DNA of 64,000 nucleotides from an uncultured Gemmatimonadaceae bacterium (GCA_963822945.1 CAWGJO010000026.1:1-64000), one strand, 5' to 3'; positions 29,056 through 39,942 are shown, counted from the first letter of the stretch. The notes: generated by a model not told the origin, from the letters alone. Numbers and translations are program-made.

Positions 29056-29556
29056 ATGAGGACTCGCAACGCATTGGCCAGGGGACTGGCAACGGCGCTG
29101 TTGCTCGCGGCGACTGCTGGTACGGTCGCGGCCCAGCGGGGCGGCCAACAGCAGCAGAATCAGCAGCAGCAGATGCAGCAGCAGCGAATGCAGGAGCAGC
29201 AGATGGCGCAGATGCAGAACATGGTGCAGCGCATGACCCAGCTGCAGACCCGCGCGCATGAGATGACGCAGACCCAACAGCAACAGATGGATCGGCAGCA
29301 GACCCAGCAGACGGAGCGGCAGCGCTTGATGCTCCAGACCTGCCAGGCCGCCGATCAGGCCGCTGCGCAGCTCAAGACGCTGGCCGAGCGCGCCCGCGAC
29401 ATGCAGAAGGATCAGGACATGCTCCGCGACCGCGATCAGCAGCGGGATATGGATCAGCTTCGCCTGCACCTGAACGCCGTGGCCGATCAGCTCGAAGCGA
29501 GCGTGCGGACCATGGAGCAGATGCAGAAACGCCTGAGCGCACCGCCGGCTCCGTAA
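29056..29556 (+). CDS. Secreted Gln/Met-rich coiled-coil protein
   Basis: GAGGA RBS; signal peptide ending VAA-Q; poly-Q and Met-rich helical body. Confidence 0.7.
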   Translation: MRTRNALARGLATALLLAATAGTVAAQRGGQQQQNQQQQMQQQRMQEQQMAQMQNMVQRMTQLQTRAHEMTQTQQQQMDRQQTQQTERQRLMLQTCQAADQAAAQLKTLAERARDMQKDQDMLRDRDQQRDMDQLRLHLNAVADQLEASVRTMEQMQKRLSAPPAP

Positions 29557-29728
29557 GGAACCGTACGCCGGGCCTGGCCCCCGGCAGACATCGCGCGGTG
29601 TACTCGCCGGCCGTCGTGGGGTGACCTGCGGCGGCTGTCGCGCTTGGCATTCCCTTGCGTCGGGCGGGGAGCCTTCCCGACACGGTGCCGACGCTGCTCC
29701 TCCGCACATCTACAGACGGGTGAATGCC

Positions 29729-30658
29729 ATGTCGCGCTTATCGCTTGTCACGGTCGCCGTACTGACCATTCCGATGGCGGTGGTGTCGCCTCGGGCGGTC
29801 AGGCCCAGGTGGTGAGCTACAGCCTCTCCACCAACTATTCCGCCGGTTCCTACATCTTCAGCGGCAACGCCTGGAGCGCCGCGATGTTTCACGGGCTGCA
29901 GGTGCAGGCCGGCCGGTTCAACTTCTCGGCGTCGCTGCCCATCGTGGCGCAGAACAACACGGCGCTGACGTACATCGGCGGCGTGATCGTTCCCACGGGC
30001 GGGCCTGACGGAGCCGCGGTGGCGGAACGTGCAAGAAGGGGCAACCCGTGCAGATGGGGAAGGGGGGGCGAGGCGGGGCGAGCATGCAGCGTGCGCCGGG
30101 CGGGGCTGCGCTGGCCGTCGCCCCCGGTGATACGCTCACCGTCGCCGAGCCGGGCGGCACCGCCGTGAACGTGGGCGACCCTTCTTCTCGGGCGGCCTGG
30201 ATCTGTACCGCGGCACCGGGTGGGTTCGCTCGATGAGCGTGCAGGCGTTCGCCAAGGCCCCGATCGCATCCGTCTCGTCGGGGGTCAGCACCGGTCAGTG
30301 GGATTACGGCGGCGGTGCATCGATCTCGCTGGGTTCCGGGCAAACCTTCCTGTTCGGCGACGCCTCGTACTGGGTGCTGGGCGACATGCCCACGCTCCAA
30401 TTGATGGACAACGTGGTGTACGGGGTCGGGCTCGGCCGTGCATCGGAGGACGGGAAGTGGTCGGTGATCGGGTCGCTCTCGGGATCGAGCGAGATCATCC
30501 GGAACGTCACCCCACCGGCGAGCGCCGGCCTGAGCGTCGGCTACCGTCAGTCGACGTGGCAGTCGCTGACCTTCGGCGTCCACGTGGGGCTGACGGAATC
30601 CGCCTCGCAATTCAGCGCCTCGATTGGCTGGCGGGTGCGGCTGTCCGGTACGCCGTAG
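29729..30658 (+). CDS. Putative outer-membrane beta-barrel protein, frameshifted (about 3 indels)
   Basis: Signal peptide MSRLSLVTVAVL...; strands YSAGSY, FSASLP, KAPIAS...STGQWDYG, VGLTESASQFSASIGW spread over frames. Confidence 0.55.
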
Positions 30659-30762
30659 CCGGTGCAGGGCGTGGGGTGGCGGCGGGGGGCCCGCCCGGCG
30701 GCGCTTGCCGCCGGGCGCGCGCGTGCCCAGCTTCGGCAGTCGCCCTCTTCGAAGAGTTGATC

Positions 30763-31227
30763 GTGCAAACATTCAGAGTCATCGCTGCCGCAACGCTGGC
30801 CGTCGCGACGGCCTGCGCCGTGCCGCAACAGCAGCCCGCGGTCTACGTCCCGCAGGCTCGCTATGTCACCGTGACCACCGTCGCCCTGATGGTCAAGGAG
30901 GACGCCGGCGTGCTCCCCTTCCTCAAGAAGGACTTCGCCAAGGGCGGGGTGCTCGACGGGAAGGAGGTGTACGGCTTCATGCCGAGTACGATCACCGTGG
31001 CCGCCGGCGACACCATCCACTTCCACTTCATCAATCCCGAGGACGACGAGCACAACTTCGTGCTCCGCGACCTCTTCGTGAAGCTCCCGGGCCAGACCAT
31101 CGTCGATACCACGTACGTGGCCCGGAAACCCGGGATCTACGACTTCGCGTGCGCCATTCCCGCCCACCTGCCCATGATGCACGGGCAACTCGTGGTGCTG
31201 AACCCGGCGGCGGTGGGCGCCGAGTAG
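30763..31227 (+). CDS. Cupredoxin-domain lipoprotein
   Basis: Lipobox ATAC; FMPSTITVAAGD, HNF, PGIYDFACAIPAHLPMM type-1 Cu ligand set. Confidence 0.8.
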   Translation: MQTFRVIAAATLAVATACAVPQQQPAVYVPQARYVTVTTVALMVKEDAGVLPFLKKDFAKGGVLDGKEVYGFMPSTITVAAGDTIHFHFINPEDDEHNFVLRDLFVKLPGQTIVDTTYVARKPGIYDFACAIPAHLPMMHGQLVVLNPAAVGAE

Positions 31228-31345
31228 GCGCGGCCCCGCCGGCCGCGGCGCCGGCGGGCGACCACGGGCGCGGAGGCCCGCTTCCATCGCGCCTCCGGAT
31301 CGCGCATTTTGCGTGAGCGGTCCCACCCTCCGACCCCGCCCGCCC

Positions 31346-32869
31346 ATGCGAAACCTGTTCCTCGCGCTCACCGGAGCGTTGGCCGTCGTGTGCTCGGCCG
31401 GCGCGCAGAGCTACGCGCCCTCCAGCGGCGTGCGCTACCACCGGCTCCTCATTCACAACGCGCTCGTCATCGACGGCGCGGGGAACCCAACCCGCGGGCC
31501 GATGGACATCGTGGTGGAGGGCAACACCATCACCGGCGTCTACGCCGCCCGGCCCATGGCCGAGACGGCGGCCTCCCCGCCGACGCTCGGCGGCGGCAAG
31601 TTCGATCGCGTGATCGACGCCACCGGCATGTACGTCATGCCCGGCATCATCGACGTCCACTCGCACATCCAGTTCGATCGCGCCGGCATCCCGATGCCGC
31701 ACGACTACGAATTCAAACTGCTGCTGGCGCACGGCATCACGACCATTCGCGACCCCGGTTCCATGCAGGGGCCCGACACCATCGTCGCCTACGCCAAGCT
31801 CTCCGACGAGAACAGAATCTCGGCGCCCACCATCATTCCGTACGTCGTCGTGCAGTCGGAGTACCCCGACTCGGTGCGCGCCCAGATCCGCCACGTGAAG
31901 GCCATCGGCGGCAAGGGGCTCAAGGTGTTCATCAACCGCCCCGACGTGTGGGATGCGATTTCCGATGAAGCCCACAAGCTCGGGCTCCCCATCGCCACCG
32001 ACATGAAGATCCAGGAGACCGACGCCATCCGCGCCTCGCAGCTCGGCGTCGCCTCCATCGAGCACTGGTACGGCATTCCCGACGCCGCCACGCCGGGGCC
32101 GCAGAACTTCCCCGACTACTACAACTACGACAACGAGGCCGACCGCTTCCGCTGGGGCGGCGATATCTGGCGCCAGGCCGACTCGGCCCGCCTCTCGGCG
32201 GTGCTCGACACGATGCTCGCGCACCACGTGACCTGGGATCCGACCTTCGCCATCTACGAGGCGAACCGCGATCTGGCCAAGGCGCAGACCGAGCCCTGGT
32301 TCAAAGACTACGCCCTGCCGGCGATGATCAAGTTCTACCAGCCCAGCCGCACGTCGCACGGCTCGTACCAGGCCGACTGGACCACGGCCGACGAGGTGAT
32401 GTGGCGGAACAACTACCGCATCTGGATGCACTGGGTGCGCGAGTATGCCGCCCGCGGAGGCAATGTGACGGTGGGCTCCGACGCGGGGTTCATCTGGGCG
32501 TTGTACGGCTTCACCACCATTCGCGAGATGGAGATGCAGCAGGAGGCCGGGTTCCACCCCATCGAGGTGATCCAGCACGCCACCTCCAACGGCGCCAAGC
32601 TGCTCGGCCTGCCGCACACCGGCGTGGTCCGCGCCGGATTCGACGCCGATCTCGCGATCGTGGACGGCAACCCGCTGCACAACATGAAGGTGCTGTACGG
32701 CCTGGGCATGGACACGCCCGGCCCCGACGGCAAACTCGTGCACCACGGCGGCGTTCGCTACACCATCAAGCAGGGCATCGTGTTCGACGATCACCAACTC
32801 CTGGCCGACGTGCGCGCGATGGTGCGCCAGGCCAGGGCCAACGGCACCACGGGGGAATCCGGTAGATGA
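31346..32869 (+). CDS. Secreted amidohydrolase family protein
   Basis: Signal peptide; PGIIDVHSH, GITTIRD, IEH, GSDAG, ADLAIVDGNP. Confidence 0.85.
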   Translation: MRNLFLALTGALAVVCSAGAQSYAPSSGVRYHRLLIHNALVIDGAGNPTRGPMDIVVEGNTITGVYAARPMAETAASPPTLGGGKFDRVIDATGMYVMPGIIDVHSHIQFDRAGIPMPHDYEFKLLLAHGITTIRDPGSMQGPDTIVAYAKLSDENRISAPTIIPYVVVQSEYPDSVRAQIRHVKAIGGKGLKVFINRPDVWDAISDEAHKLGLPIATDMKIQETDAIRASQLGVASIEHWYGIPDAATPGPQNFPDYYNYDNEADRFRWGGDIWRQADSARLSAVLDTMLAHHVTWDPTFAIYEANRDLAKAQTEPWFKDYALPAMIKFYQPSRTSHGSYQADWTTADEVMWRNNYRIWMHWVREYAARGGNVTVGSDAGFIWALYGFTTIREMEMQQEAGFHPIEVIQHATSNGAKLLGLPHTGVVRAGFDADLAIVDGNPLHNMKVLYGLGMDTPGPDGKLVHHGGVRYTIKQGIVFDDHQLLADVRAMVRQARANGTTGESGR

Positions 32870-34128
32870 GCGCTCGTCTGTCACAACTGGCTCAGGGACT
32901 CGTCGGATCGGAGATCCTCAAGATCGCCGCCGAAGTGCGCGAACTCATCGCGCAGGGGCGGCCCATCTGCAACCTCACGGTCGGCGACTTCTCGCCCACC
33001 GAGTTTCGGGTGCCGGAGCGGCTGGCCCGCGGCGTCGCCGACAACGTCACCAAGGGGCAGACCAACTATCCGCCCTCCAACGGCGTGCTCGAACTGCGCA
33101 AGGCCGTGGCGGCGTTCTACAAGCGCGGGCTCGGGCTCGACTATCCGATCGAGAGCATCATGATCGCGTCGGGCGGGCGCCCGGTCATTTACGGCGTCTA
33201 CCAGACGGTGGTCAACCGGGGCGACACGGTGGTGTACCCCGTGCCGAGCTGGAACAACAACCACTACGCCAGCCTGGTCGGGGCCAAGGCCGTGGAGATC
33301 ACCTGCGGCGCCGACACCAACTTCCTGCCCACGGCCGCCATGCTCCGCGAGCATGTGCGTGGGGCGTCGCTGCTCGCGCTCAACTCGCCGTCCAATCCCA
33401 CCGGCACGCTATTCACCGACGAGCAGCTCGGTGACATCTGCGATCTGGTGCTCGAGGAGAACGCCCGCCGCGGCAGCGGCGACCGCCCGCTGTTCGTGAT
33501 GTACGACCAGATCTACTGGATGCTCACCTTCGGCGGCGCCCATCACGTGAATCCCGTGGGGCTGCGTCCGGAGATGGCCAAGTACACCGTATTCGTCGAC
33601 GGCATCTCGAAGGCCTTCGCGGCCACCGGACTCCGGGTGGGCTGGGGGGTGGGGCCGGCCGATGTGGTGAAGAGCATGGCCGACCTGCTCACCCACATCG
33701 GCGCCTGGGCGCCGCGGCCGGAGCAGATGGCCACCGGCGAGCTGCTCTGCGCCGAAGACGACATCCGCGACTACCACGCCGTGATGATCCGCGACGTTCA
33801 GGAACGCCTGGGGCTCATGGCCGAGGGCATCGACCAGCTCCGGCGCGAGGGGTTCCCGGTGGAGAGCACCACGCCCCAGGGGGCCATCTACCTGAGCGCG
33901 CACTTCGGGCTGCACGGCAAGCGCAGGCCAGATGGCCAGGAACTCCGCACCAACGAGGACGTGCGCCGGTACCTGCTGCAGGCGGCGGGCATGGCGGTGG
34001 TGCCCTTCCAGGCCTTCGGCCAGCGCGAGGAGACGGGCTGGTTCCGCCTCTCGGCGGGCGCCGTGTCGCCGCAGGCGGTGCGCGAGCTGATCCCGAGGCT
34101 GCGGGGGGCGCTGCAGGCGCTGCGCTAG
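32866..34128 (+). CDS. PLP-dependent class I/II aminotransferase (aspartate aminotransferase-like)
   Basis: NSPSNPTG, YDQIY, DGISKAFAATGLRVGW. Confidence 0.9.
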   Translation: MSARLSQLAQGLVGSEILKIAAEVRELIAQGRPICNLTVGDFSPTEFRVPERLARGVADNVTKGQTNYPPSNGVLELRKAVAAFYKRGLGLDYPIESIMIASGGRPVIYGVYQTVVNRGDTVVYPVPSWNNNHYASLVGAKAVEITCGADTNFLPTAAMLREHVRGASLLALNSPSNPTGTLFTDEQLGDICDLVLEENARRGSGDRPLFVMYDQIYWMLTFGGAHHVNPVGLRPEMAKYTVFVDGISKAFAATGLRVGWGVGPADVVKSMADLLTHIGAWAPRPEQMATGELLCAEDDIRDYHAVMIRDVQERLGLMAEGIDQLRREGFPVESTTPQGAIYLSAHFGLHGKRRPDGQELRTNEDVRRYLLQAAGMAVVPFQAFGQREETGWFRLSAGAVSPQAVRELIPRLRGALQALR

Positions 34129-34238
34129 CGCGCCGGACCCCGGAATGGCACAACCGGGCGCGAACTCACGTACCTTCCTGACGTGAGGTCGCGCGCCGGG
34201 TGCGGCGCGCCGGGTTCCCCAACCAGGAGGGTACGGCC

Positions 34239-34499
34239 ATGAGTTGGATCATCTCCCTGATCATCGGCGGCATCGTCGGCTGGCTGGCCAGCATCATCAT
34301 GAAGACGAACGCTCAGATGGGCCTGGTCGCCAACGTGCTGGTCGGCATCGTCGGCGCGGTGCTGGGCAGCTGGATCGCGGGCCTCGTGGGGCTGGCCCCC
34401 ACGGGCGGGGTCGGCCGGTTCCTCGTCGCCCTGCTTGGCGCGGTCGTCCTGATCTTCATCCTGCAGGCGCTCGGATTCTTCAAGAAGAAGCCCGCGTAG
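34239..34499 (+). CDS. GlsB/YeaQ/YmgE (transglycosylase-associated) membrane protein
   Basis: AGGAGG RBS; IIGGIVGWLAS...NVLVGIVGAVLG...ALLGAVVL. Confidence 0.9.
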   Translation: MSWIISLIIGGIVGWLASIIMKTNAQMGLVANVLVGIVGAVLGSWIAGLVGLAPTGGVGRFLVALLGAVVLIFILQALGFFKKKPA

Positions 34500-34607
34500 C
34501 GTCCGGCGTGCCGGCGCGCCGGCTGTCAGGACACGCAACGGAGCCATGGGGGCACGGCGGCGAGCCGTGCCCTTTGCTTCATGCCGCAAACGGGTGATCT
34601 TGGAACG

Positions 34608-35450
34608 ATGACGACACTTGCCCTGGCTCCCGAAACGCTCGAAGGCTGGTACGTACTGCACCAGACCTTTGCCCTCGACCGCCCGGCGCTGCGCGCCCTG
34701 ACGCCGGCGGAGTTCGACGCCGTGGCGCGCGATTTCGCCGCGGCCATGCACGACCTTTCCGGCGGCGATGGCGCCCAGGGGTGGAGCGCGCTCGTGCCCC
34801 TCGTCGGGTCGAAGGCCGATGTCATGGTCATGCACTTCCGTCCCACGCTCGACGAACTGGGCGTGGCGCAGGCGCGGCTCGCCCAGGCACGGCTCACCGA
34901 CTTCGTGTCGCCCGTCGAGTTCTTTCTCAGCGTCGCCGAGGCCGGGCTCTATTACATCACCGCGCAGCTCGCCAAGGCCGCCGACGCGCGCGGCGGCAAG
35001 GTGGGCGACGACGAGTACCGGGCCGAGTTGAAGAAGCGCGTCGATGCCGAACTCGCCACCGAGCACGTGCGCAAGCGCCTGTACCCGCCGCCGCCGAGCG
35101 ACCGGATGCCGTACGTCTGCGTGTATCCCATGGACAAGAAGCGCGAGACGGGGCAGAACTGGTATGCACTGCCCATCGAGGCGCGCAGCGATCTGATGAA
35201 GTGGCACGGTCTCACTGGACGGAAGTACGCCGGGCGCGTGCTGCAGATCATCAGCGGGTCCATCGGACTCGACGTGTGGGAATGGGCGGTGACGCTGTTC
35301 GCCGCCGATCCTCTGGAATTCAAGAAGATCGTGAGTGAGATGCGCTTCGACGAGGCGAGCGCGAAATACGGAGAGTTCGGCAACTTCTACGTGGGGAAGA
35401 TCGCGGCCCCCGAGGCGTGGCTGAGCACGCTGCGTCCGGCCGCCGGGTAG
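34608..35450 (+). CDS. hemQ: Coproheme decarboxylase ChdC/HemQ
   Basis: TLEGWYVLH, YPMDKKR, NWY, proximal His in MKWHG, GSIGLD.WEW.V, MRFDEASAKYGEFG. Confidence 0.85.
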   Translation: MTTLALAPETLEGWYVLHQTFALDRPALRALTPAEFDAVARDFAAAMHDLSGGDGAQGWSALVPLVGSKADVMVMHFRPTLDELGVAQARLAQARLTDFVSPVEFFLSVAEAGLYYITAQLAKAADARGGKVGDDEYRAELKKRVDAELATEHVRKRLYPPPPSDRMPYVCVYPMDKKRETGQNWYALPIEARSDLMKWHGLTGRKYAGRVLQIISGSIGLDVWEWAVTLFAADPLEFKKIVSEMRFDEASAKYGEFGNFYVGKIAAPEAWLSTLRPAAG

Positions 35451-35495
35451 GAGCGGAACCGTCCACCGACATCCCCAAGGGGAGGAAGGCGACCG

Positions 35496-37088
35496 ATGCT
35501 CGTGACCCTGCTGCTGCTGTTCGTTCAGCAGACCACGCCGCCAATCCAGCGCGACACCGTGCTGCCCGATACGGCGCGTCTGGTGGTGGCCAACCGGACC
35601 GTGACCGTCTTCCGGGCACCGCTCGGCGCGCTGTCGCCCGCCGAGCGGGCGGCGGCGGCGATGGTCCGGATCGACTCCGCGGTGGCTCGCGGGCACGATT
35701 CGGTGGACGTGACGCCGGCGGCGGAGGGGCTGCTGGTGCGGGCCGGCGGCGTGGCGATGTTCGTGGTGACGCCGGGCGACGTGCACGCCACGGGGCGCGA
35801 CACGGTGGCCAACCGCGACTCGCTGGTCCTGGCGGCCCGTGCGGCCGCCGAGACGCTGCGCCTGTCCTTGCGCGACGCACGCGACGCGCAGAGCGTCAAG
35901 GCCATTCTGATCGGGCTGCTGCTGGCGCTGCTCGCCACGGCTATTCTCGTCGTGCTCTTCCGCCTGCTGTTCAAAGCGCGCCGTGCATTGCTGGCGCGTG
36001 TGCGGGCTTTCTCGGCGCGGGCCGCCCCCCAGTTGGAATTCCGCGGCACGCCGCTCATGCGAGCCAACCAGATCGCGAAGTTCCTGCGGCACACCATCAC
36101 CTGGGTCAGTGCCGCGCTCGTGGTGCTGGCGCTGTACGTCTACACGGGCTACGTGCTCACGCGGTTTCCCTGGACGCGTCCCGCGGGCGAGGCGCTGGGC
36201 AACTACCTGGGCACGACCCTGCTTCATCTGGGGGGCTCGCTGCTGCATGCGGTGCCCAAGCTGTTCACGATCTTCCTCATCTTCGTGATCACGCGGTTCG
36301 CGACGAACATCGTCCGCACGCTGTTCGACGCGCTGGGCCAGCAGCGGATCACGATTCCCGGCATCCATCCCGATACGGCGCAGCCCACGCGGCGCATCGC
36401 GAATGCGCTGCTCTGGATGTTCGCCATCGTCGTCGCGTATCCCTACGTCCCCGGCAGCGATTCGGCGGCGTTCAAGGGCGTGTCGGTGTTCGGCGGCCTG
36501 CTGATCACGCTGGGGTCGGCGGGGCTGGTGGGGCAGGCGATGAGCGGGCTGGTGTTGATGTATTCACGCAGCTTCCGGGTGGGGCAGTTCATCCAGGCCG
36601 GGACACTGCAGGGCACGGTACTGGAACTGGGCCTGCTGGCCACGAGGTTGCGGACGCCCAAGAACGAGATCGTGACGCTTCCCAACACGGTGGTGATCGG
36701 CGCTGCCGTCACCAACTACAGCGCGGCCACGGAATACGGCCATCCGCTGCTCATCTACTCGTCGGTGACCATCGGGTACGACGTGCCCTGGCGCCGCGTG
36801 CACGAGCTGCTGATCGCGGCGGCGACCGGCCTCGACTTCGTGCTCGGGGAGCCGGCGCCGTTCGTGCTGCAGCGCGCGCTCGACGACTCGTACGTGGAGT
36901 ACCAGGTGAACGCGGCCATCGACGCGGCGCGGGCTGACGAACTGCCGTCGTTGTACGCCAAGCTCCACGCGGCCATTCAGGATACGTTCGCGGACGGGGA
37001 CGTGGAGATCATGTCGCCGAGTTATCTGAGCATGCGCGACGGGAACAAGTCCACGGTGCCGGTGCGCAGCGGGCCGGCAGCCGGCTGA
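35496..37088 (+). CDS. MscS family mechanosensitive channel
   Basis: TM helices then RSFRVGQFI, G.V.ELGLLATRL, PNT, IGYDVPW, VEIMSP. Confidence 0.88.
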   Translation: MLVTLLLLFVQQTTPPIQRDTVLPDTARLVVANRTVTVFRAPLGALSPAERAAAAMVRIDSAVARGHDSVDVTPAAEGLLVRAGGVAMFVVTPGDVHATGRDTVANRDSLVLAARAAAETLRLSLRDARDAQSVKAILIGLLLALLATAILVVLFRLLFKARRALLARVRAFSARAAPQLEFRGTPLMRANQIAKFLRHTITWVSAALVVLALYVYTGYVLTRFPWTRPAGEALGNYLGTTLLHLGGSLLHAVPKLFTIFLIFVITRFATNIVRTLFDALGQQRITIPGIHPDTAQPTRRIANALLWMFAIVVAYPYVPGSDSAAFKGVSVFGGLLITLGSAGLVGQAMSGLVLMYSRSFRVGQFIQAGTLQGTVLELGLLATRLRTPKNEIVTLPNTVVIGAAVTNYSAATEYGHPLLIYSSVTIGYDVPWRRVHELLIAAATGLDFVLGEPAPFVLQRALDDSYVEYQVNAAIDAARADELPSLYAKLHAAIQDTFADGDVEIMSPSYLSMRDGNKSTVPVRSGPAAG

Positions 37089-37229
37089 GCCCACCCGGTG
37101 TCGGTCATGCCGTCGCCAGGGGCTGCCGTTTAATCGATTCCTAATCATCGATTCATGGCGGAACAGCCGATCGGCCTTAGCTTGGCCAGCGCTGCATCTC
37201 CCCCACGCATACCGACCGGGAGGACCGCG

Positions 37230-38051
37230 ATGACGGAAGCTGGCACACACCGGCCCGGAGCCGGACTCGTTCCCGCAACGCTATCCCGGAAATCGTATTC
37301 GGCCTGGCTCGTGGCGGCCGCCGTACTCGGGGCGGCTTCCCTGCTGGTTGGCGTCTTCGCCGTGCTGGCAACACGGTCGCACCCGGCCGTCACGGGACCA
37401 TCGGGCGATTTTGCCGGCTACCTCGCGAAGGACGTCGGTTCCGGATTGCCGGTGGCGCTCAATCCGGGATTCGTGCTGGCGGTCGACGGCCCGGGCCTCT
37501 CGGCGCGGGCCCGCGCCGTCCGCCTCGGCGCCCGGATCGTGGACCTCGAGGTCGTGGCGCTGGCGCGCGACGACGCGAGCGACGCGGCGTACTACCATCG
37601 CGATCCGATCGCGCTGGCCACCGTCGCCTACAACTCGGATCTCGTGGTTCAGCTCGCCGACAGTCTGGTCTCGACGCTGCGTGCGGTCGGCGGCTCCGAG
37701 AACGCCGAGCGGCTGTATGCCTATGTGGCCTCCGATGGCCGGCGGGGAGCGACCGTCGGCGGGGAACTGGAGATGGCGCGACGGGAACTCCGGAGCCTCG
37801 AGCCGCGATTCGTCGCGCTCGGGAACTGGATCGAGGCCGCGCGCGTGGCGGCGCTTCGCGGCGATCGGAAGTTCTTCGCGTCCTGGGTGAGCGCAGCCAT
37901 GGCCGCGCGCGCGCCGGCGATCGCGGGAATCCCCGCAGAGGCGCGCGCGTCGCTGACGGACGTCCGGGCGCTGATCTCCGCCGGACTCCCGGACGATTCG
38001 CTCGCCGTCGCCCGGGGCCTGACACGGGCGCTGACGGCGCTCACGCGCTGA
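37230..38051 (+). CDS. Hypothetical membrane-anchored protein
   Basis: GGGAGG RBS before ATG at 37230; one TM segment; no family recognised. Confidence 0.55.
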   Translation: MTEAGTHRPGAGLVPATLSRKSYSAWLVAAAVLGAASLLVGVFAVLATRSHPAVTGPSGDFAGYLAKDVGSGLPVALNPGFVLAVDGPGLSARARAVRLGARIVDLEVVALARDDASDAAYYHRDPIALATVAYNSDLVVQLADSLVSTLRAVGGSENAERLYAYVASDGRRGATVGGELEMARRELRSLEPRFVALGNWIEAARVAALRGDRKFFASWVSAAMAARAPAIAGIPAEARASLTDVRALISAGLPDDSLAVARGLTRALTALTR

Positions 38052-38193
38052 GCATCGGCCGTCGACACTCTGCAGACCTTCGACTTCGGGGGCGGCGAAC
38101 GGTACGGAGGCGGAGGCCTCTAACGGCCGCGTCTCGAAACGGCGAGGCCCGCGGCCACTTGCCCGCCGGCCCTCATCGCTACAACGTCCCATC

Positions 38194-38571
38194 ATGCCAG
38201 ACCCCAACGTTCCCTTCGTCTCCCCCGCAGCCGCGCTGCCCGCCAACGCGGTGAAGGCCGGCACCGCCACCAACATGCAGGTGCTCGTGGGCCCCGACAC
38301 CGGCGCTCCCAACTTCGCGCTCCGCCGCTTCATCATGGGGCCGGGCGGTGGCATGCCGCTGCACACCAACGAGGTGGAGCACGAGCAGTACGTGCTGCGC
38401 GGCCGCGCCCGCATCCGCATCGGCAACGACGTGCACGAAGTGGCGCCGGACACCACGCTCTACATCCCGGCCGGCGTGCCGCACAGCTACGAGGTGCTCG
38501 AGGCGCCCTTCGAATTCCTGTGCGTGGTTCCCAACCGCCCCGACCAGATCCGGCTCGTCGAGGGCTGCTGA
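38194..38571 (+). CDS. Cupin domain protein
   Basis: PLHTN..EHEQYVLRG and YIPAGVPHSY cupin motifs. Confidence 0.88.
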   Translation: MPDPNVPFVSPAAALPANAVKAGTATNMQVLVGPDTGAPNFALRRFIMGPGGGMPLHTNEVEHEQYVLRGRARIRIGNDVHEVAPDTTLYIPAGVPHSYEVLEAPFEFLCVVPNRPDQIRLVEGC

Positions 38572-38575
38572 ACCC

Positions 38576-39868
38576 TCACCCGCGCAGCCGGAATTCGCGT
38601 CCCGCCAGGCGGTAGCCGCCCTCGATGCCGACCGCGAGTGCGAGCATCACGAACAGCACCCAGAGTTTTGCCGGGTCGGTGACCCAGGTGTGCCAGACGA
38701 GCGCGCCCAACGCCGCGACGCACGCCGCTGCGCCCGCCATCGAGATCCACCGCCGGCTGCCCGTGTTGCCGGCGCGGCGCACGTTGGCGGCGTTGACCGC
38801 GGCGAAGATCAACAGGAACCCCGCGCTTCCCAGCGTCGAGATGCTGGTGAGGTCGAACGCATTGGCCACCACGAGCGTGAGCGCGGCGGTGATCAGCAGC
38901 CCTTCGATGGGCGTCCCCCACACCTTCCGCTCCAGCTGCGCCGGCAATTCGCCGTCGCGCGCGATGCCGTAGCTCAGCCGCGCCGCGCCGTACAGGGTGG
39001 CGTTGATGGCCGAGGCCGTGGACAACAGCGCGGCGGTGGCGATGAGCGTGAACCCGGCCTGGCCCAGGAAGGGCCGCGCCGCTTCGGCCAACGCGTAGTC
39101 CCTGGCCGCCACGATCCGGCTGACCGACAGATTCCCCACCGTCACCAGCGCCACGAGGACGTACAGCACGATCACGAATCCCACCGCCACGTAGTACGCG
39201 CGGGGCAGTGTGCGCGACGCGTCGCGCACGTCCTCCGCCGTGTTCGCGATCAGTTCGAAGCCCTCGTACGCCAGGAAGATGATCATCCCGCCGGCAGCCA
39301 GCTGCAGCGGCGGTGTCCAGGAGGCCGGGGCGACCTGCGCGGCATGAATGCCGAACGCGCCCACCGCGACGAATACCAGCAGGATCGTGATCTTCAACCC
39401 GACGATCCAGTCCTCGGCCCGGCCGATCCACTCGGCGCTCAGCAGGTTGAGCCCCGTGATGCCCACCACGCTCCCCGTCACCAACGCGTGCTTGGCCACG
39501 CCCTGCCACGCGTGCGGAAAGAAGGTGGCGCCGTAGCTGCCGAACGCGAACGCGTAGAGCGACAGCATCACCACGTAGCTCAACCAGAGCAGGACGTTGA
39601 GGCTGCCGGTGATCAGCCCTGCGCCGAACGCGCGGTCCAGGAACGTGACCGTGCCGCCGCGGCTGGGATACGCAACGCTGAGCCGGGCGTACGAGTACGC
39701 GGTGAGCAGGGCGACGACCCCCGCCAGCGCGAAGGCCACCGGCGTGCCGCCGTGCGCCAGTTGCACGGCCAGCCCCAGGACGGCGAAGATGCCGCCCCCG
39801 ACCATGCCCCCCACGCCGATGGCGACCGCCGCCCAGAGGCCGATCTTGCCGTCGCTCGCTCTGCCCAT
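38576..39868 (-). CDS. APC family amino acid permease
   Basis: GGMVGGGIF, FLAYEGFE, about 12 TM segments. Confidence 0.9.
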   Translation of the reverse strand: MGRASDGKIGLWAAVAIGVGGMVGGGIFAVLGLAVQLAHGGTPVAFALAGVVALLTAYSYARLSVAYPSRGGTVTFLDRAFGAGLITGSLNVLLWLSYVVMLSLYAFAFGSYGATFFPHAWQGVAKHALVTGSVVGITGLNLLSAEWIGRAEDWIVGLKITILLVFVAVGAFGIHAAQVAPASWTPPLQLAAGGMIIFLAYEGFELIANTAEDVRDASRTLPRAYYVAVGFVIVLYVLVALVTVGNLSVSRIVAARDYALAEAARPFLGQAGFTLIATAALLSTASAINATLYGAARLSYGIARDGELPAQLERKVWGTPIEGLLITAALTLVVANAFDLTSISTLGSAGFLLIFAAVNAANVRRAGNTGSRRWISMAGAAACVAALGALVWHTWVTDPAKLWVLFVMLALAVGIEGGYRLAGREFRLRG

Positions 39869-39942
39869 GGGCCCATACTAACCCGTTCCGGCCGGCGGTG
39901 GCCCACCGTTCCCCCACGCCGCGGTCGGGAGTACCTTCCAGC

